Below are positions 1 through 11,937 of a stretch of DNA of 45,094 nucleotides, piece after piece; position 1 is the stretch's first letter, and the number at the start of each line of letters is the position of its first letter. Both the position numbers and the translations under genes were made by a program. The notes below the pieces were generated by a model. That model did not search any database. It was not told the origin of the DNA and saw only the letters and a list, made by a program, of their open reading frames with translations. This DNA is from Mesotaenium endlicherianum (Eukaryota): assembly GCA_009602735.1 (NCBI GenBank), contig WELA01002318.1, positions 29,597-74,690 of the forward strand, given 5' to 3'.

Positions 1-79
1 GTGGGGGGGGGGGGTTGGAGGGGGCAGGTGGAAGGTGCCAGGTGCCGGGTGGCAGGTGCTGACGGTGCGGGCGGCTTAC

Positions 80-1472
80 CTGCATGCCGAGCTCGCGTGT
101 GGGGACCACCACCAGGGCTTGCACCGCGGAGCGCTGTGCGTTGATCCCCGTCATCAGCGGCAGCAAGTACGCAAAGGTCTTGCCAGAGCCTGTCTGCGGA
201 GGCGCACGTCGCAGCGCACAGCGCACACGTTTGAGCGAGCACAAGTGTAAGCGAGCAATATGAGGGGAGGAGTTCTACGATACAGAGTATTCTGTGCCGA
301 CACAATTGTGGAAAAAGGTTTGCTTTCCGAAGACCTGGATGAGAGTCCCAAAGCCCCTTCTCCTAAACCCCGCCCCAAACCCTGCGCTCGAAATTCAAGG
401 TATAGGCGAGCCAGCCCGTGAACCCCATAGATTCTGGACCGCGGACCACACAGAAGCCACAGCAGCGGGGGAGACTAGAGAGATTCCTCACGCTACAAAG
501 CTGCGCGGCAATGAGGCAAGAGGCTAGCCACTTCCCTCACGTCCTCGAGGGTTTTAGGATTGTTCTGAGTGTGCACCCCAGGCCTTCTGTTTGGCCCATA
601 TCGAGAAAAAATCGTGAGAGCGCACAATTGAAGCCGGAGGCCGACGAAGTTCCCATTCATTATTGCTTATCGTGGATCATATCATAACGTGACACATCAT
701 AGTATACCCTGTCAATCCTGCAAGTCGTGCAATAACGCGTGCATGATGTGCCGGGCGGGCGGGGGGGGGGGGGCAAAGACTTGCCGGCGCTTGGATAATG
801 CAGTCGAGGCCCTCGTACACCACTGGCAATGCCACCTGTTGCGTTCTCGTTGGTTGGCCATAACCAAGCTCCTCCGCCCTGGAAATGGACATTGTTAGCA
901 ACAGTATAATATAACCTTTAACATTTTTGACGTTGCTGAGATCGCAGCATACTTCAGTAGTTTTTCCTGGTAAAGGCAACACGGTCTCATACAAAACGTG
1001 TCTACGGCAAGAGTAAACGCCCCGCTTGAGTTCTCGTGACTTTCTTCAAGTAGACAGGATCGACGTCAAACACTCATTAGTCTCGTCTAGGTTTGCAGCC
1101 ACCTTGCAGACGGTGAAAGAAATGGCTAAGAACTCACCTTTGCAACAACCGTTCTGGAGCAAAGCTGCTACATGTATCCCTCAAAGTCGGCAAAGAGGGC
1201 GCCCCTTTGACTTCCTCCTCTTCCACATCAGCTTGACTTGCTATACTTGATATGTATGTTACTCTGGTTGTACTCAGAAACTGTCTACATCTATAACTCT
1301 GTGCTGATTGCACTCTAAGTTGGAAGGAGTCACCCAATCCCAATGATGATATTCTTACGTGTTCGCACTTTCTTTGTGACTTGACCGCTGCAGGAAAAGA
1401 CACTCCCCCACACCTCCAGAGTAGAAGTTTGGCTGGTCTGAAGGCTAGAGCCACGCTCATGGTAGCATCCAT
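80..1472 (-). CDS. RH58: DEAD-box ATP-dependent RNA helicase, RH58-like (plastid); 5' exons only, gene continues off the left edge
   Basis: Phase-consistent exons 1472-1138, 878-785 and 193-80. Translation: transit-peptide-like N-terminus, then TLRDTCSSFAPERLLQR|AEELGYGQPTRTQQVALP (Q motif)...DCIIQAP|TGSGKTFAYLL (motif I)...INAQRSAVQALVVVPTRELGMQ (motif Ia). This closely resembles plant RH58 as recalled. Intron 2 has a GC donor. Confidence 0.88.
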
Positions 1473-1802
1473 ATAGTTTCTTCTTACCGAAATGGCACCA
1501 TCTTGGATCACTTATCAATTGTCTGTAGGTCCAGCTCAAGCAATATTGGGGACTGCCTTGACCTGCAGTCAGCAAGCTGTGACCAGCCGTGTCAAGACGC
1601 AGTTCCGGATTCCGTACTAGTTGTCCTGTAACACCCTTGAGATAATGTAGTAGTTAGCAGGAAGGGCGTGACAGTCGGTAACTCTGCTCAACCGCACGCG
1701 TCAACTCAAGTCAACCTCATCAAATCAGCATCAAATACATGACATTGGTGCCGCACGCAGGAACATGGACAATTTACGACATAAGGCGACATAAGTTGTT
1801 AC

Positions 1803-1818
1803 GGCCCATCATTGGGCC
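1803..1818. promoter_or_regulatory. Inverted pair of site II (TGGGCY) elements upstream of the RH58-like gene
   Basis: GGCCCA-tcat-TGGGCC lies about 330 bp upstream of the ATG at 1472. A further TGGGCY-like run occurs at about 2110-2140. These are short motifs, so chance occurrence is possible. Confidence 0.35.
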
Positions 1819-2539
1819 TCGATTTGTCTAGGATAAGCAACTTGCAAGTTCGTGTGAAAACTGTGATTGTGGACTTGTGTGGATTACGGGGACGTCATGG
1901 CAGGCCTTGCACCAGTCTTGCACCAATAACGGTCGATGGATATATTCCGATTCATTCGAACCAAATCGAACGCATGTTGGCTTATCTTTTGGTCGTCAAT
2001 ATCCGGGGCGCTCAGGTTGCACTCGTTTCCGAGGCTACAGTACATCCCAGCGATTGGGTCGGCCAGGTTCGGAAGTATTAACCATGTAGCTTCGAGCCGC
2101 GAACGATGGCTGGGCGTGGGCTGGGCTGGGGCTGGGCGCCTCTGAGCACCACTGAGCGCGGATGATAACAGCGACCGACCGATTTAGTTGGATACATGAA
2201 GTGGATTGCAGCTAACTGGCTTGCGTTGACTGGTCAGCTGACTCAGGCCTAGGTCAGTTTCGACAAGCTACAGCCTACGAGCAGCTAAAAGCCGGCTAAG
2301 ATGAAGCTTCCCATCTATAGTTCAAGATTTGGACGGGAAAGAAGTTGCCAAAGTAAATAACCACCCCGTCAGACATTTTTTGCAAAATACATTTTCATTA
2401 AATGCAATGGGGACTCCACTTCATTTTGTCTGTGTATAGGTACTTCGGAGTCTATATAACCCACATGGTAGATTTTCTTCCGCGAAAACTTGATTGTAAC
2501 CTGGTCAGTGAATATTTCTTCCTGGTAGAGACCAACCGA

Positions 2540-3420
2540 TTTATTCTTTACTCGTGAACAAAAGCGGCGGTCGTATATTTTGCACGGCCATTTTGACTTT
2601 TACCTTCCCACGTTTATCCTTGTCATCATAAAATCTGCCCTGTGGTGACCCCTCTGCCGCCCCGAACATAAGCTTTTGAAGGTCTTCGAAGTCCCGGAAG
2701 GCGAAAGAGCGTGCTTTACTGCGCGCAAGAGAAGAAACTGCATGTCGAAGTGCTCCACAACACATCCCCATCACACCCATTGCATCCTGCAAGCTGCTCA
2801 CGACTGCTAACGACGATGGTTCCTCAACTGTGCGTGTGGTCACCGCTGAAACTTATGAACGTCCTGTAGATTGTGCTTGTATAGTGCCCTCACCGCGCCC
2901 TGTACACTTTAGTCTGCTTCCTCCAGCTTCTAGTGTCATGCCTTTTGGCACTACCTCTGTTATCAGTGACAATTCGTGAATGGATGGGAATTTTGCTTGC
3001 CTGGTATGAAGGGGGCCCTTAGAGCCGCACTGCGGCTACTTCCTGATGTCTTGTCGGGAAGAGCGTTCCCTCGGGCTTCAAAGCCCCCATGGCTTCCACC
3101 AGCTGTAGGACCCCCTCTCAAGACGGGTCCTCTTCCGCCCAAGGCCTCCATTGCAGTTGGGCGAATAATTTTCCGTGAGCAATTCCAGACTATCACCCTC
3201 GCTCATAAGGCCGCACCCTTGGTAAAGCCCCAGCCAAGGACGACACTAGCATGGCTGGCACAGACGATGCGGGTGTGCTTTGGAGCAGGGGCTGCCGTAT
3301 TTGCGGCCAACAGTGTTTCCGTTACAACAGCGTTCGCGAGGTGGGTTTTCGCGCTCTGCGCCCCATCCTTCACCATTTCTTGCAGTTCTTGCACTTTGCT
3401 GGAGAATGATTGAGCACCAA
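2540..3420 (-). mobile_element. Possible heavily degraded Ty1/Copia gag-protease remnant
   Basis: Interrupted minus-strand frames give GKQNSHPFTNC (knuckle-like), TLEAGGSRLKCTGRGEGTIQ, LQDVHKF and VVSSLQDAMG in the order expected for the Copia gag-protease region. Stops and frameshifts are present, and no LTR or PBS was found. Confidence 0.25.
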
Positions 3421-4173
3421 ATTGAGTTTCAACCTCCTGCTTCTATGTGCTAGGTTTTCATCTGTCAGAGACAATGAACCTCGTTGACGGCTTTACTGTG
3501 GTTGACTGGCACATGCTAAATTCCGTTCGTGGCAAGGATGGATCTTAGGTGTCGGTGTCTTTTCCCACCATGTCCCCTGGAACCCGGCAACATTGCCCAC
3601 GTGTGAGAAGTCCATGTCAGCACTCATGTTTTTCTGATATCTCCCTCCCTCCCTCTCGCTCTCCCTCCCTCTCTCTCCCTCCCTCTCTCTCTCCCTCCCT
3701 CCCTCTCTCTCTCCCTCCCTCCCTCCCACCCTCCCTCCNNNNNNNNNNNNNNNNNNNNNNNNNNNNNNNNNNNNNNNNNNNNNNNNNNNNNNNNNNNNNN
3801 NNNNNNNNNNNNNNNNNNNNNNNNNNNNNNNNNNNNNNNNNNNNNNNNNNNNNNNNNNNNNNNNNNNNNNNNNNNNNNNNNNNNNNNNNNNNNNNNNNNN
3901 NNNNNNNNNNNNNNNNNNNNNNNNNNNNNNNNNNNNNNNNNNNNNNNNNNNNNNNNNNNNNNNNNNNNNNNNNNNNNNNNNNNNNNNNNNNNNNNNNNNN
4001 NNNNNNNNNNNNNNNNNNNNNNNNNNNNNNNNNNNNNNNNNNNNNNNNNNNNNNNNNNNNNNNNNNNNNNNNNNNNNNNNNNNNNNNNNNNNNNNNNNNN
4101 NNNNNNNNNNNNNNNNNNNNNNNNNNNNNNNNNNNNNNNNNNNNNNNNNNNNNNNNNNNNNNNNNNNNNNNNN

Positions 4174-5995
4174 CCCCCTCCCCCTCATCCTCTCCCTCCC
4201 TCTCCCTCTCGTCCTCCTCTTGCTCCTCATCCTCCTCCTCTGCGACAGCAACAGCAGCAGCAGCAGCAGTCGTGCCTCGGACGGGCGAGAGTGCCATCCC
4301 GGCAGTGAAGATCGCATTAGCGAGAGACCCCCTCCTCCCCTCCTCCTCACTTGGCGCAGGCCTGCAGCAGAGGATGTCGGAATCCCCCTCGGCTGGGCTG
4401 CCCGGGAGCGTGGAGATTGGCTCCCTTGCCACGGTGTCGACACCTAGCGCCGCGGTGCTTTCCTGCTCCCCTCCGGTCGTCGTGGGAGAAGGGGACAAGA
4501 CCGGGTATTCTGATACTGGTGCTCGCTTGGACGTCGCCGGGCCCCTGCCACGTGTCGCCAAGGGGGAGCTCGGGGCTGCCAGTGGCCGCACAGGTGGCGC
4601 AAGCGGGGCCCCTGACGGCCAGGCTTCGTTCGGCTCGAGTGCGCCCCCCCCCGGGGATAGCGGGCCGGGGGCGGCTGGGGGGCAGAAAAAGACGGTGGTG
4701 TCGAAAATCGAGAGCCTGGGGTGGGAGGTGACGGTGTCACTGTGCGAGCAGACGGCCACAGCCTGCCAGGTGGCGGGCGGAGGGGCCTCTTCTGTGTGCT
4801 GCGCTGGCAGCGAGGCCCTCCCTCTGGGCCCTGTGGCTCTCCCGGAAGGCCGCGAGGTGGGCGCTGCCTACAGGTCAGGAGTAGCAGGCCGCCGCCCTGA
4901 ACACCAGCCTGCGCCGGGGGGGCAGCAGCTGGCAGAGAGGGCGAGGCAGCCCGAGCAGGTTGGGGAGGCGAGCCAGGTGGAGACCGGGATCAAGGGAGGG
5001 GCAGGCCAGGCGATAGGGGCAGACCAGGCGAGGACGGCAGAGGCTCTGCGTCTGGCTCCGTTTTTGGTTCATCCATCCTCAGGGGAAATACTAGACTTTG
5101 TGCAGACAGGGGAGGGTGGGAATGCCAGCAGGAGCTTCGTGAGCAAGAGCGGCAAGTTGGCAGCTCTACCGCTGGCAGGCGTACAGCTGACGGCGCCTGC
5201 AGGGCCAGAGCGGGAGGGAGGAAGCGCGTCGTCGGATGCAAGCACGCTGCAAGGGCGACAAGTGTCCCCCACCCCTAGTTTGCAGGGTGTGGCAGAGGGC
5301 GTGCCAGCTGGCGAGTACAGGCAGGGGCGCGGGTGGGAAAGCCAAGACTGGAAGTTAGGTAGACAGGCCTATGAGAGCTGGACATGTGTCCAGCACAGCC
5401 AGGTTGCCACCTGGCACGCGGCAGACGCTCAGGTGGAGATTGAGGGCCTCGCTGCCGCCCAGCCCCTGGCGAGTGGGGCGTGCCCCACTGCCGCTGCTAC
5501 TGCCGCTGCAGCTGATAATCCGCCAGGTGGCACTGCGCGCTCCACTGCCGGCGTGCAGCCGGGCGCCCTTGCAGCCGCCCAACTCGATGATGACGACGAC
5601 ACTCCTTCTCCTCTTACATCCATGGCTTCCGCTCGAGGCCCTCTAGACTACGCGACAACATACCCTGCCTGTAACAATTCTGACCCACTAGCTATCACGC
5701 TTAGGACTACACGTGCCCCCGGCCCCTTTCCCACCCCCGCCCCCACGCCTGCCCCTGCGTCCAGAATCAGAGGAGGGGGAGAGGGAGGAGGAGGGGGGCC
5801 CAGCTCTCTTTCAGACGAGGGCAGCTCCCAAAAGGACATGGGAGAGCAGGCAACAGGCGCCCCGGGAGGGAGCGCAGCGGGGAGACGCGCAGGCGCCGAA
5901 GGGGCAAAAGGGGCGGAGCTGCGTCAGGCAGCCACGTCAGCGCGTGCCTGCGGCCCGCCCCCCCCTGCGCCGCCTGCGCCGGCGGGGCCGGAGGA
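4174..5995 (+). CDS. Long low-complexity (Ala/Gly/Ser/Pro-rich) coding segment of an unidentified gene
   Basis: About 1.8 kb stop-free + frame bounded by the N gap (3739-4173) and the single N at 5996. No recognisable domain, and high GC alone lengthens ORFs. Confidence 0.5.
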
Positions 5996-6061
5996 NTGCG
6001 TGCGTGCCTGTGTTTTGCCGGTGGGGGGGTGGGTTTCTTGACGATGCTTGTTGTGTCACAG

Positions 6062-6227
6062 GCGCTGCTGGGCTTCCTGCTGGTGGGCCATGTCCACCTG
6101 GCGTGGGCGCTGGCGTACCTGTCCATATACGCCCTCTACGGCGTCAGCGTGGGGGTCTCCGAGTGCACGCGCCGGGGGGCCAGCTTCCCCGCGCCCAAGG
6201 TGGAGTGGCTGCTGCAGCCCCTGCAGG
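6062..6227 (+). CDS. Single exon of a cation/calcium exchanger (CCX, CaCA superfamily)
   Basis: cacag acceptor, then ALLGFLLVGHVHLAWALAYLSIYALYGVSVGVSECTRRGASFPAPKVEWLLQPLQ, then G|gtaata donor. Matches the plant CCX TM4-TM5 pattern (G.v....A.AfvSIYv.Y..sV...E..r.....pLlp.qG). No other CCX exons recognised in the window. Confidence 0.6.
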
Positions 6228-7689
6228 GTAATACCCGCTCCTTCCCGCCCCCGCACGCTGCCACCGCCGCCGCCTCCGCCGCCGCCGCGCTGACGTCGTC
6301 GCGCAGCGCGCCGGAAGCCCATCGCACGTGCGTGTACATCCCCTCCTCCTTGTCCGCACCTTGAAGATCCCCCCTCGTCCCCCCCCCCTCGTTCCCCCCC
6401 CCTAAATCCCTGCCTCCCCTCCCACATCGGAATCTTAACTGGTGGCGGAACTCAGAGGGCACTGCTAAAGCATCACTGCCGGGCCGGGGGGGAGAGGGGG
6501 GAGAGGGGGGAAGAGGGGAAGGGAGTGAGAGGTGGGCCAGCATCATGGCGTGTTTGGGGGTGCAGATCTACGCGCGCACTCCGTCAAACATTTGCAAGAC
6601 GAGGATTGGGGCCAGTAGCGTGCGCGTGCGTGTGCGTGGAGGCAGGGACGCCACTCCCGTGGGGAGGGGGGGGGGGAAAGCTAGCGGGTGCCCATGTGCC
6701 GTGTTCGGCCGTGTGCCTCTCTCTCTTTCTGCTGCATCTGCGGCTGCTGTGCTCGAGTGAGAAGCCAGAGGGGAAGGGCGCACTCACTCCTTGCAAGAGA
6801 GGGGGGGAGAGTGCGAGAGAGAAAGTGTGAGCGAAAGAGGGATTCCTCTCTCTTTTCGCTCTCATCTCAGAAGGGTCTGTGTGCTCTCCTTTTCCCCTGC
6901 CTGCCCGCCCAGGGGGCTTCCACCTGGCAGAAGTCACCTGGTGCTTGCTGCCCCTCTCAGCCTGCGCACGCCAGTCTGCGCGTCCCCTCACCTCCCTCCT
7001 GGAGCCTTCATCCACACACATCAGCACAAGTCCTCATTCGCATCCTCACCCTCGCCCTTACTGCCATTATCACCACTTCCACCTTTCACCTGTGCCTGAA
7101 CCCCTGGTGCTGCTGCCCCCTGCGCGGTGATGTGGCTGGGGCGATTGACCTCCTCCTCTCCTCAATCCTTCCCCGTGCTCTGCATCTGTACATACATCCC
7201 CTCCCGCAGGACGATGCGGCTCGGGCAAATGGGCGGGTGGAGCCGGGGGGGCCGGGTACGTCGGTACGTCGGTGGTGGTGGTGTGCGTGTTCCTGCTGGC
7301 ACTGATGCTGATGCGGATGCTGATGCTGGTGCTGCTGGTGGTGCAGCTTTGGCAGGCACGGCAGCCCGGGGGGTGGGACGAGCAACGACCCCTCGTTTGT
7401 CGCCGGCGCCGGTGCGGGCGCCGGAGTCGGCGCGGGCGCGGGCGCAGCCGCNNNNNNNNNNNNNNNNNNNNNNNNNNNNNNNNNNNNNNNNNNNNNNNNN
7501 NNNNNNNNNNNNNNNNNNNNNNNNNNNNNNNNNNNNNNNNNNNNNNNNNNNNNNNNNNNNNNNNNNNNNNNNNNNNNNNNNNNNNNNNNNNNNNNNNNNN
7601 NNNNNNNNNNNNNNNNNNNNNNNNNNNNNNNNNNNNNNNNNNNNNNNNNNNNNNNNNNNNCCCCCCGGCCCCGGTCGCTTGCTCCCTTT

Positions 7690-7940
7690 GGCTCTGAGCC
7701 CCATGCTCCAGCTGTGAGCCCTGAGCTCTGAGCTAGAATTTTTTTGTACTGCTAAGCTATTAATTCTGAGTGCTGAGATCTGAGATCTGAGCTCTTCTAT
7801 TTAAAGTGTCGAGCTCTTAGTACTGAGCTCTACGCTCTGAGCTCCAGTAATTGAAGTTCTGCGATTCCTGCTCTGAGCCCCGAGCTGTCAGCTCTAGAGG
7901 CTAACTGCTGAGCTTTCAGCTCTGAGCTGTGAGCTCTCAG
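7690..7940. repeat. Degenerate CTGAGCT heptamer minisatellite
   Basis: Many CTGAGCT/CTGAGAT/GTGAGCT/CTGAGCC variants, e.g. ctgagctctgagct, ctgagatctgagatctgagct, ctgagctgtgagct. Confidence 0.8.
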
Positions 7941-8323
7941 TTCTAAACGCTAGCTACCGGAAGATCCCTTCCCCCAATCTTTGGAAAGTCTGACGAGGAA
8001 GAGGGGGGATCCTCCCCTTGTCCCTTCCCCGCAGTCGCCACACGCAACATGCCACCTGGCGCCAGCGTGCCGGCGTGCCTTCGCGCCGAAGTTCTCCCGG
8101 TTTTAGATGAGCTTTGGGAGCGATTGTCTTTCTAGTCTTTAACTCCCCTCCCCTCCCCTCCCCTAAACAAAGACTCCCCCACCCCACCCCACCCCACCCC
8201 CTACCTGCCCCGCCCCCTCTCCCTTTTCTTCTGTCCCACTGCACTCTACTTGTGCGGCTGAGAGTGAGTCGCCGATCTCGAGGCACTTGTCAAAGTCTGA
8301 GAATCTTTTATTGTTGGTTATCA

Positions 8324-9728
8324 GGCGCAAGCGCTCCTCCTCCTCCTCCTCCTCCTGCCCCCTCTTGCTCTCGCCTCCCGCCTTCTCTAGCTGGGACCTC
8401 CCTGGTGAGTGCAGAGTAGGAAAAGCCAGAGTAGTATGGAGCACGTCCGGGTAACGTATGCGACCCTTAGTACGACAGGTAGAAAGTGTACGGTTTGCAG
8501 ATTCAACACCCCCCGGGTGCGCACGCGCGTGCGCTCGCACACGAGTGCGTGCGAGGAGTTTCCGGTGTTTGTGCTTATGCGCATGCTTGGGAGACTCCCC
8601 CGGTAGTAGGGCATGATGCTCCCTGCGCATCAAACGGGAGTTGACAGGTGTCTTCCGGCAACGTCCTTGGGGGTCAGAACGGCCCAGCCCTCATGGGGTG
8701 TTGTTGTTTCTGCAAGAGGATTGACAAGCAGCAAAGCGCAGTGTCGCTTTTCTGGGGCTCCGCAGCGGGGGCCGGCGTGAGGCGTCTGCAATGCATTCTC
8801 TCGTTTTTGGGTTCCCCCAAATTGCAGAAGTGGCTGCTTTCAAAGCCCTCAACTGCTTTTGTAACTGTTTTGGACGATTAAAAGACGTGCTCCCTTTTTC
8901 CCTCCTCAACGTCGGGACAACCCTTGGGCCTGATCGATGTGCGTGCGTGGAGCCACGTGGCGAGCTCCTCGCGCATGTGGGGTGAAGTTCTCATGAGGGC
9001 CAAGAGTGCAGCCGGGTGTGAGCTTGCGGGGGACGACGGTTGCCAATGCTCCCCACTTGTGTCCAAAAGGGATGCAACAACGCAGGGAGGGTGGCAGCTG
9101 GTGAAGGCAGTTGCGAGATTTCACTCTTTGTTTCCCCCTGTTGTTCCTAAGAACGTACCTTTTTTGGCGTACGCTCTGTGCGTACTTTCTTCTCGTACTT
9201 TATGGAATGTGCTTGCTCTGCTAGTCATACTTACCCTACTGCACCTTCGAACCTTATATATCCATAATCTATAATTTCAGTTCCTTAAGTATTGAGGGTA
9301 GGGGCCAGAAGGCTGCAAGAACAAAACTGGAGCCCAGAGTTCAATCCCCCGTTGAGACGTCTTCTATCCTTCGGGTTCATTGGATAACTGAACCTGTCGT
9401 GCTCTTTCAGGTGGAGGTTGGCGAATTGAGGCGGAGGCATAAAGCCCACGACGCGGACGCGTCTGACGAGATGCGGAGTCCGAGGGGAAGCTTTGAGTTT
9501 GCCGCCCACTGGGCACCCGACGCAAGGTACCGAAGGGAAGGCGGGGCGGGCGGGCGGGAGCCGACGGGAGGGCACAACCTGGGCGGGCTCTCGTCAGTCT
9601 CCAATCAAGAAGAGGAGGATGCGATGGTGGCCTATGCGGTGGGGCTGGCGTTTGCGCTCGGCTTAGGGATAGCGGGGGCCGCGTTTTTTTTCGGCTGGAG
9701 CATGGGCTGGATCATTGTCGCTGTATAG
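8324..9728 (+). CDS. Last exons of an unidentified gene ending in a C-terminal hydrophobic (tail-anchor-like) helix
   Basis: Putative exon 8324-8404 ([13 protein letters not shown]...GTSL|gtgagt) joins in phase 0 to terminal exon 9412-9728 (ctctttcag|VEVGELRRRH...EEEDAMVAYAVGLAFALGLGIAGAAFFFGWSMGWIIVAV-stop). Confidence 0.55.
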
Positions 9729-11036
9729 GACGTGGGACATGTGTCCGAGTAGACTCAAGGGCAGGGATATGTAAGAAGGTAGATATACTCTTGTCCGGGC
9801 GGGTGTCGGCGGCAGCTACTAGCTGGGGCCTGTTTCAAGTCTCCGTGTGTTTGTTTTTTTCCTTCTTTCCATTGTAAAAGGGTGGGTATGTGGACTTGCG
9901 GGCCGAAGGTGGACACCAACTGCGCATAAGCAAGCGGCAAAGAATTTCTCAAACAGGCAAGCAATATGGCATGCTCTTTCAGCTACCGACCAATCAATGG
10001 TGAGGAGAATGTGAGTGTACGGGTGCGATCCACAGTGCAGGGTGTGATGCAAACATTGACGTGACAATGATTTAATGCTTCAATATTACAGTTGTATATA
10101 GTAGACATACTCATTGATGTCCCTCCGACTTCAAGATTTTAATGTGCTCTTCGTATCACGTGTCAATGGGTGATGCGAAGGCTATTGATGAGGATGTACA
10201 TCGTGTGTTATTTTTCTTGTATGAATTGACAAAGCTTCAGGTATACTTCAAATTTTTTGAAAAGAATCAACAATGTGCATGTTGCGTTAATTGTGATGAT
10301 ATTGCATGCATGCTTGCATGAATTTTCATAAAAGAAATGTATGTGGCACTCTTCAGGCTTCTGATTATGCAGTTTCTTGTAGTATGCTTACATGGACTCT
10401 GGAATGTGCCCAGTTTGTTTATAAAATTGCAATATGGGGACTTAGGATTACAAGAATCTCAGCTTATGATAAGAAGCCTTGCGTTTCTACTCTCTCGGAT
10501 CATCTAGGGTGTCTTGTAAATGATCACCTGCTTAAGAAACGAGATGGGTGGGTGATGTCAGATGTTTCTGTCATTGCTCCGTCACAACAAGGCACCTTGT
10601 GACTTACTCAGATTCTAATGCTAGGGCCCTCAGTCCAACTTGATATCTTATATAGCATTGAGCATCAAAATCGTAGGAACACGGCCACATAAACCACTAT
10701 GGTCCATATGAAAATTCTCCAGGTTATGGTATGCACGATACTAAGACATTTGATGTGTAGGTCAATTAGAATTTTCAATGAACGAAATTGTAAGATATAT
10801 GATACGATAATTTTATGCACGAGCTAGTATAACAAATATCAAGAATTCTTCTTGGTTAATAAGTGGCAAAATAAAGTATAATAGATGACACCGCTCCATG
10901 CCACTTTTACATCTCAAAATCTTCAAAGGAACATGAATGTACAGCACACTTGTGAGAAAAAAAGTTGAATTAATGCTATGGTTTAATTTAATGACAAATT
11001 GTTGTCTTACAAGTAATACCTTCTAGAACATACTAA

Positions 11037-11937
11037 AGGCTGGTTTACAGTGGGCGCTAATTAGCGCCACTGTCCATTTCAAATGTACTTGTGTGTACCC
11101 GAGAGTACAGTGATGCTTTCAATGTTGTTTATCGACGTCCCAAACGTGGTTTACAGTGGGTTCTCGGGCTTGTTTCATAATTGAAAAGAGGGTTTTGTAA
11201 AATTGAACTACAAGCCAAAACTCTGCATTACAGCGCGAAACTCAAATGACCTATCGAGGTCATTTGAGTTTTCTGCAATTGAACATACACTCGCTATCAT
11301 CTCTTTTGTCCGGTAAAAGCCACTATCGTACGTGTACGTAAATGTCAAAAGGTCTTGTCAAATCCCTCCTATGGTACTAATCTTGTACCTTTTCCCTTTT
11401 TTGAATTTTTGTGTGCCAAAAGCAACGCACACCAAAAAGTCCTAATTTTTCATTTCGCGCCAAACTCCACCAAACAAAGCAAAAACCGCGACTGCATAGC
11501 AGCGAAGGCAGAGAAGGTTATCTCACTTTGCAATAATCGCTCAACGAAAGCTAGGAATTCTTAACCTCAAAAGAAGCAATGAATGGAAAACGCGAAGAGT
11601 AGCTAGTATATAGTGAAGTGGTTTCGACATCGAGCGGGAACAAAAGAAGAGCTCAAATTTGATACCAAAATTGTGCAGAAATTTGGAGTGAAATTTGAAG
11701 TGAATTTGAGAGTGACCGTTTCGTCCGAGGAAAAAGGTCATTCAAATCCTGACATGCTAGGTTGGGGCGTTTAACTCGCGTTTGAATAATTAAAAGGCGT
11801 GGGCACTGTAAACCAAAAGTCCAAGGTACTCGTCATTTTGAAATTCAATAGTATGTGTATAAAGTTGAATGGCAGAAAAAAAGGCAGCGCGAACGGCGGA
11901 ATAGCACATTACGGGAGTGCCCACTGTAAACCAGCCC
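11037..11937. mobile_element. Non-autonomous PIF/Harbinger (Tourist-like) MITE, 901 bp
   Basis: Left TIR AGGCTGGTTTACAGTGGGCGCT versus reverse complement of the right TIR GGGCTGGTTTACAGTGGGCACT (20/22 identical). Flanked by TAA at 11034-11036 and TAA at 11938-11940. AT-rich interior with no transposase ORF. Confidence 0.88.

Noticed and set aside
2145..2154. GAGCACCACT shared in inverted form with 28653-28662, both near GGCTGG runs
   Set aside because: Only 10 bp, 26 kb apart, no target-site duplication; compatible with chance.
3493..4759. Long ORFs in the track spanning N gaps (also 29903-30717, 35323-36270, 37001-37534, 41996-42626)
   Set aside because: Their length comes from X runs and flanking simple repeats that contain no stops.
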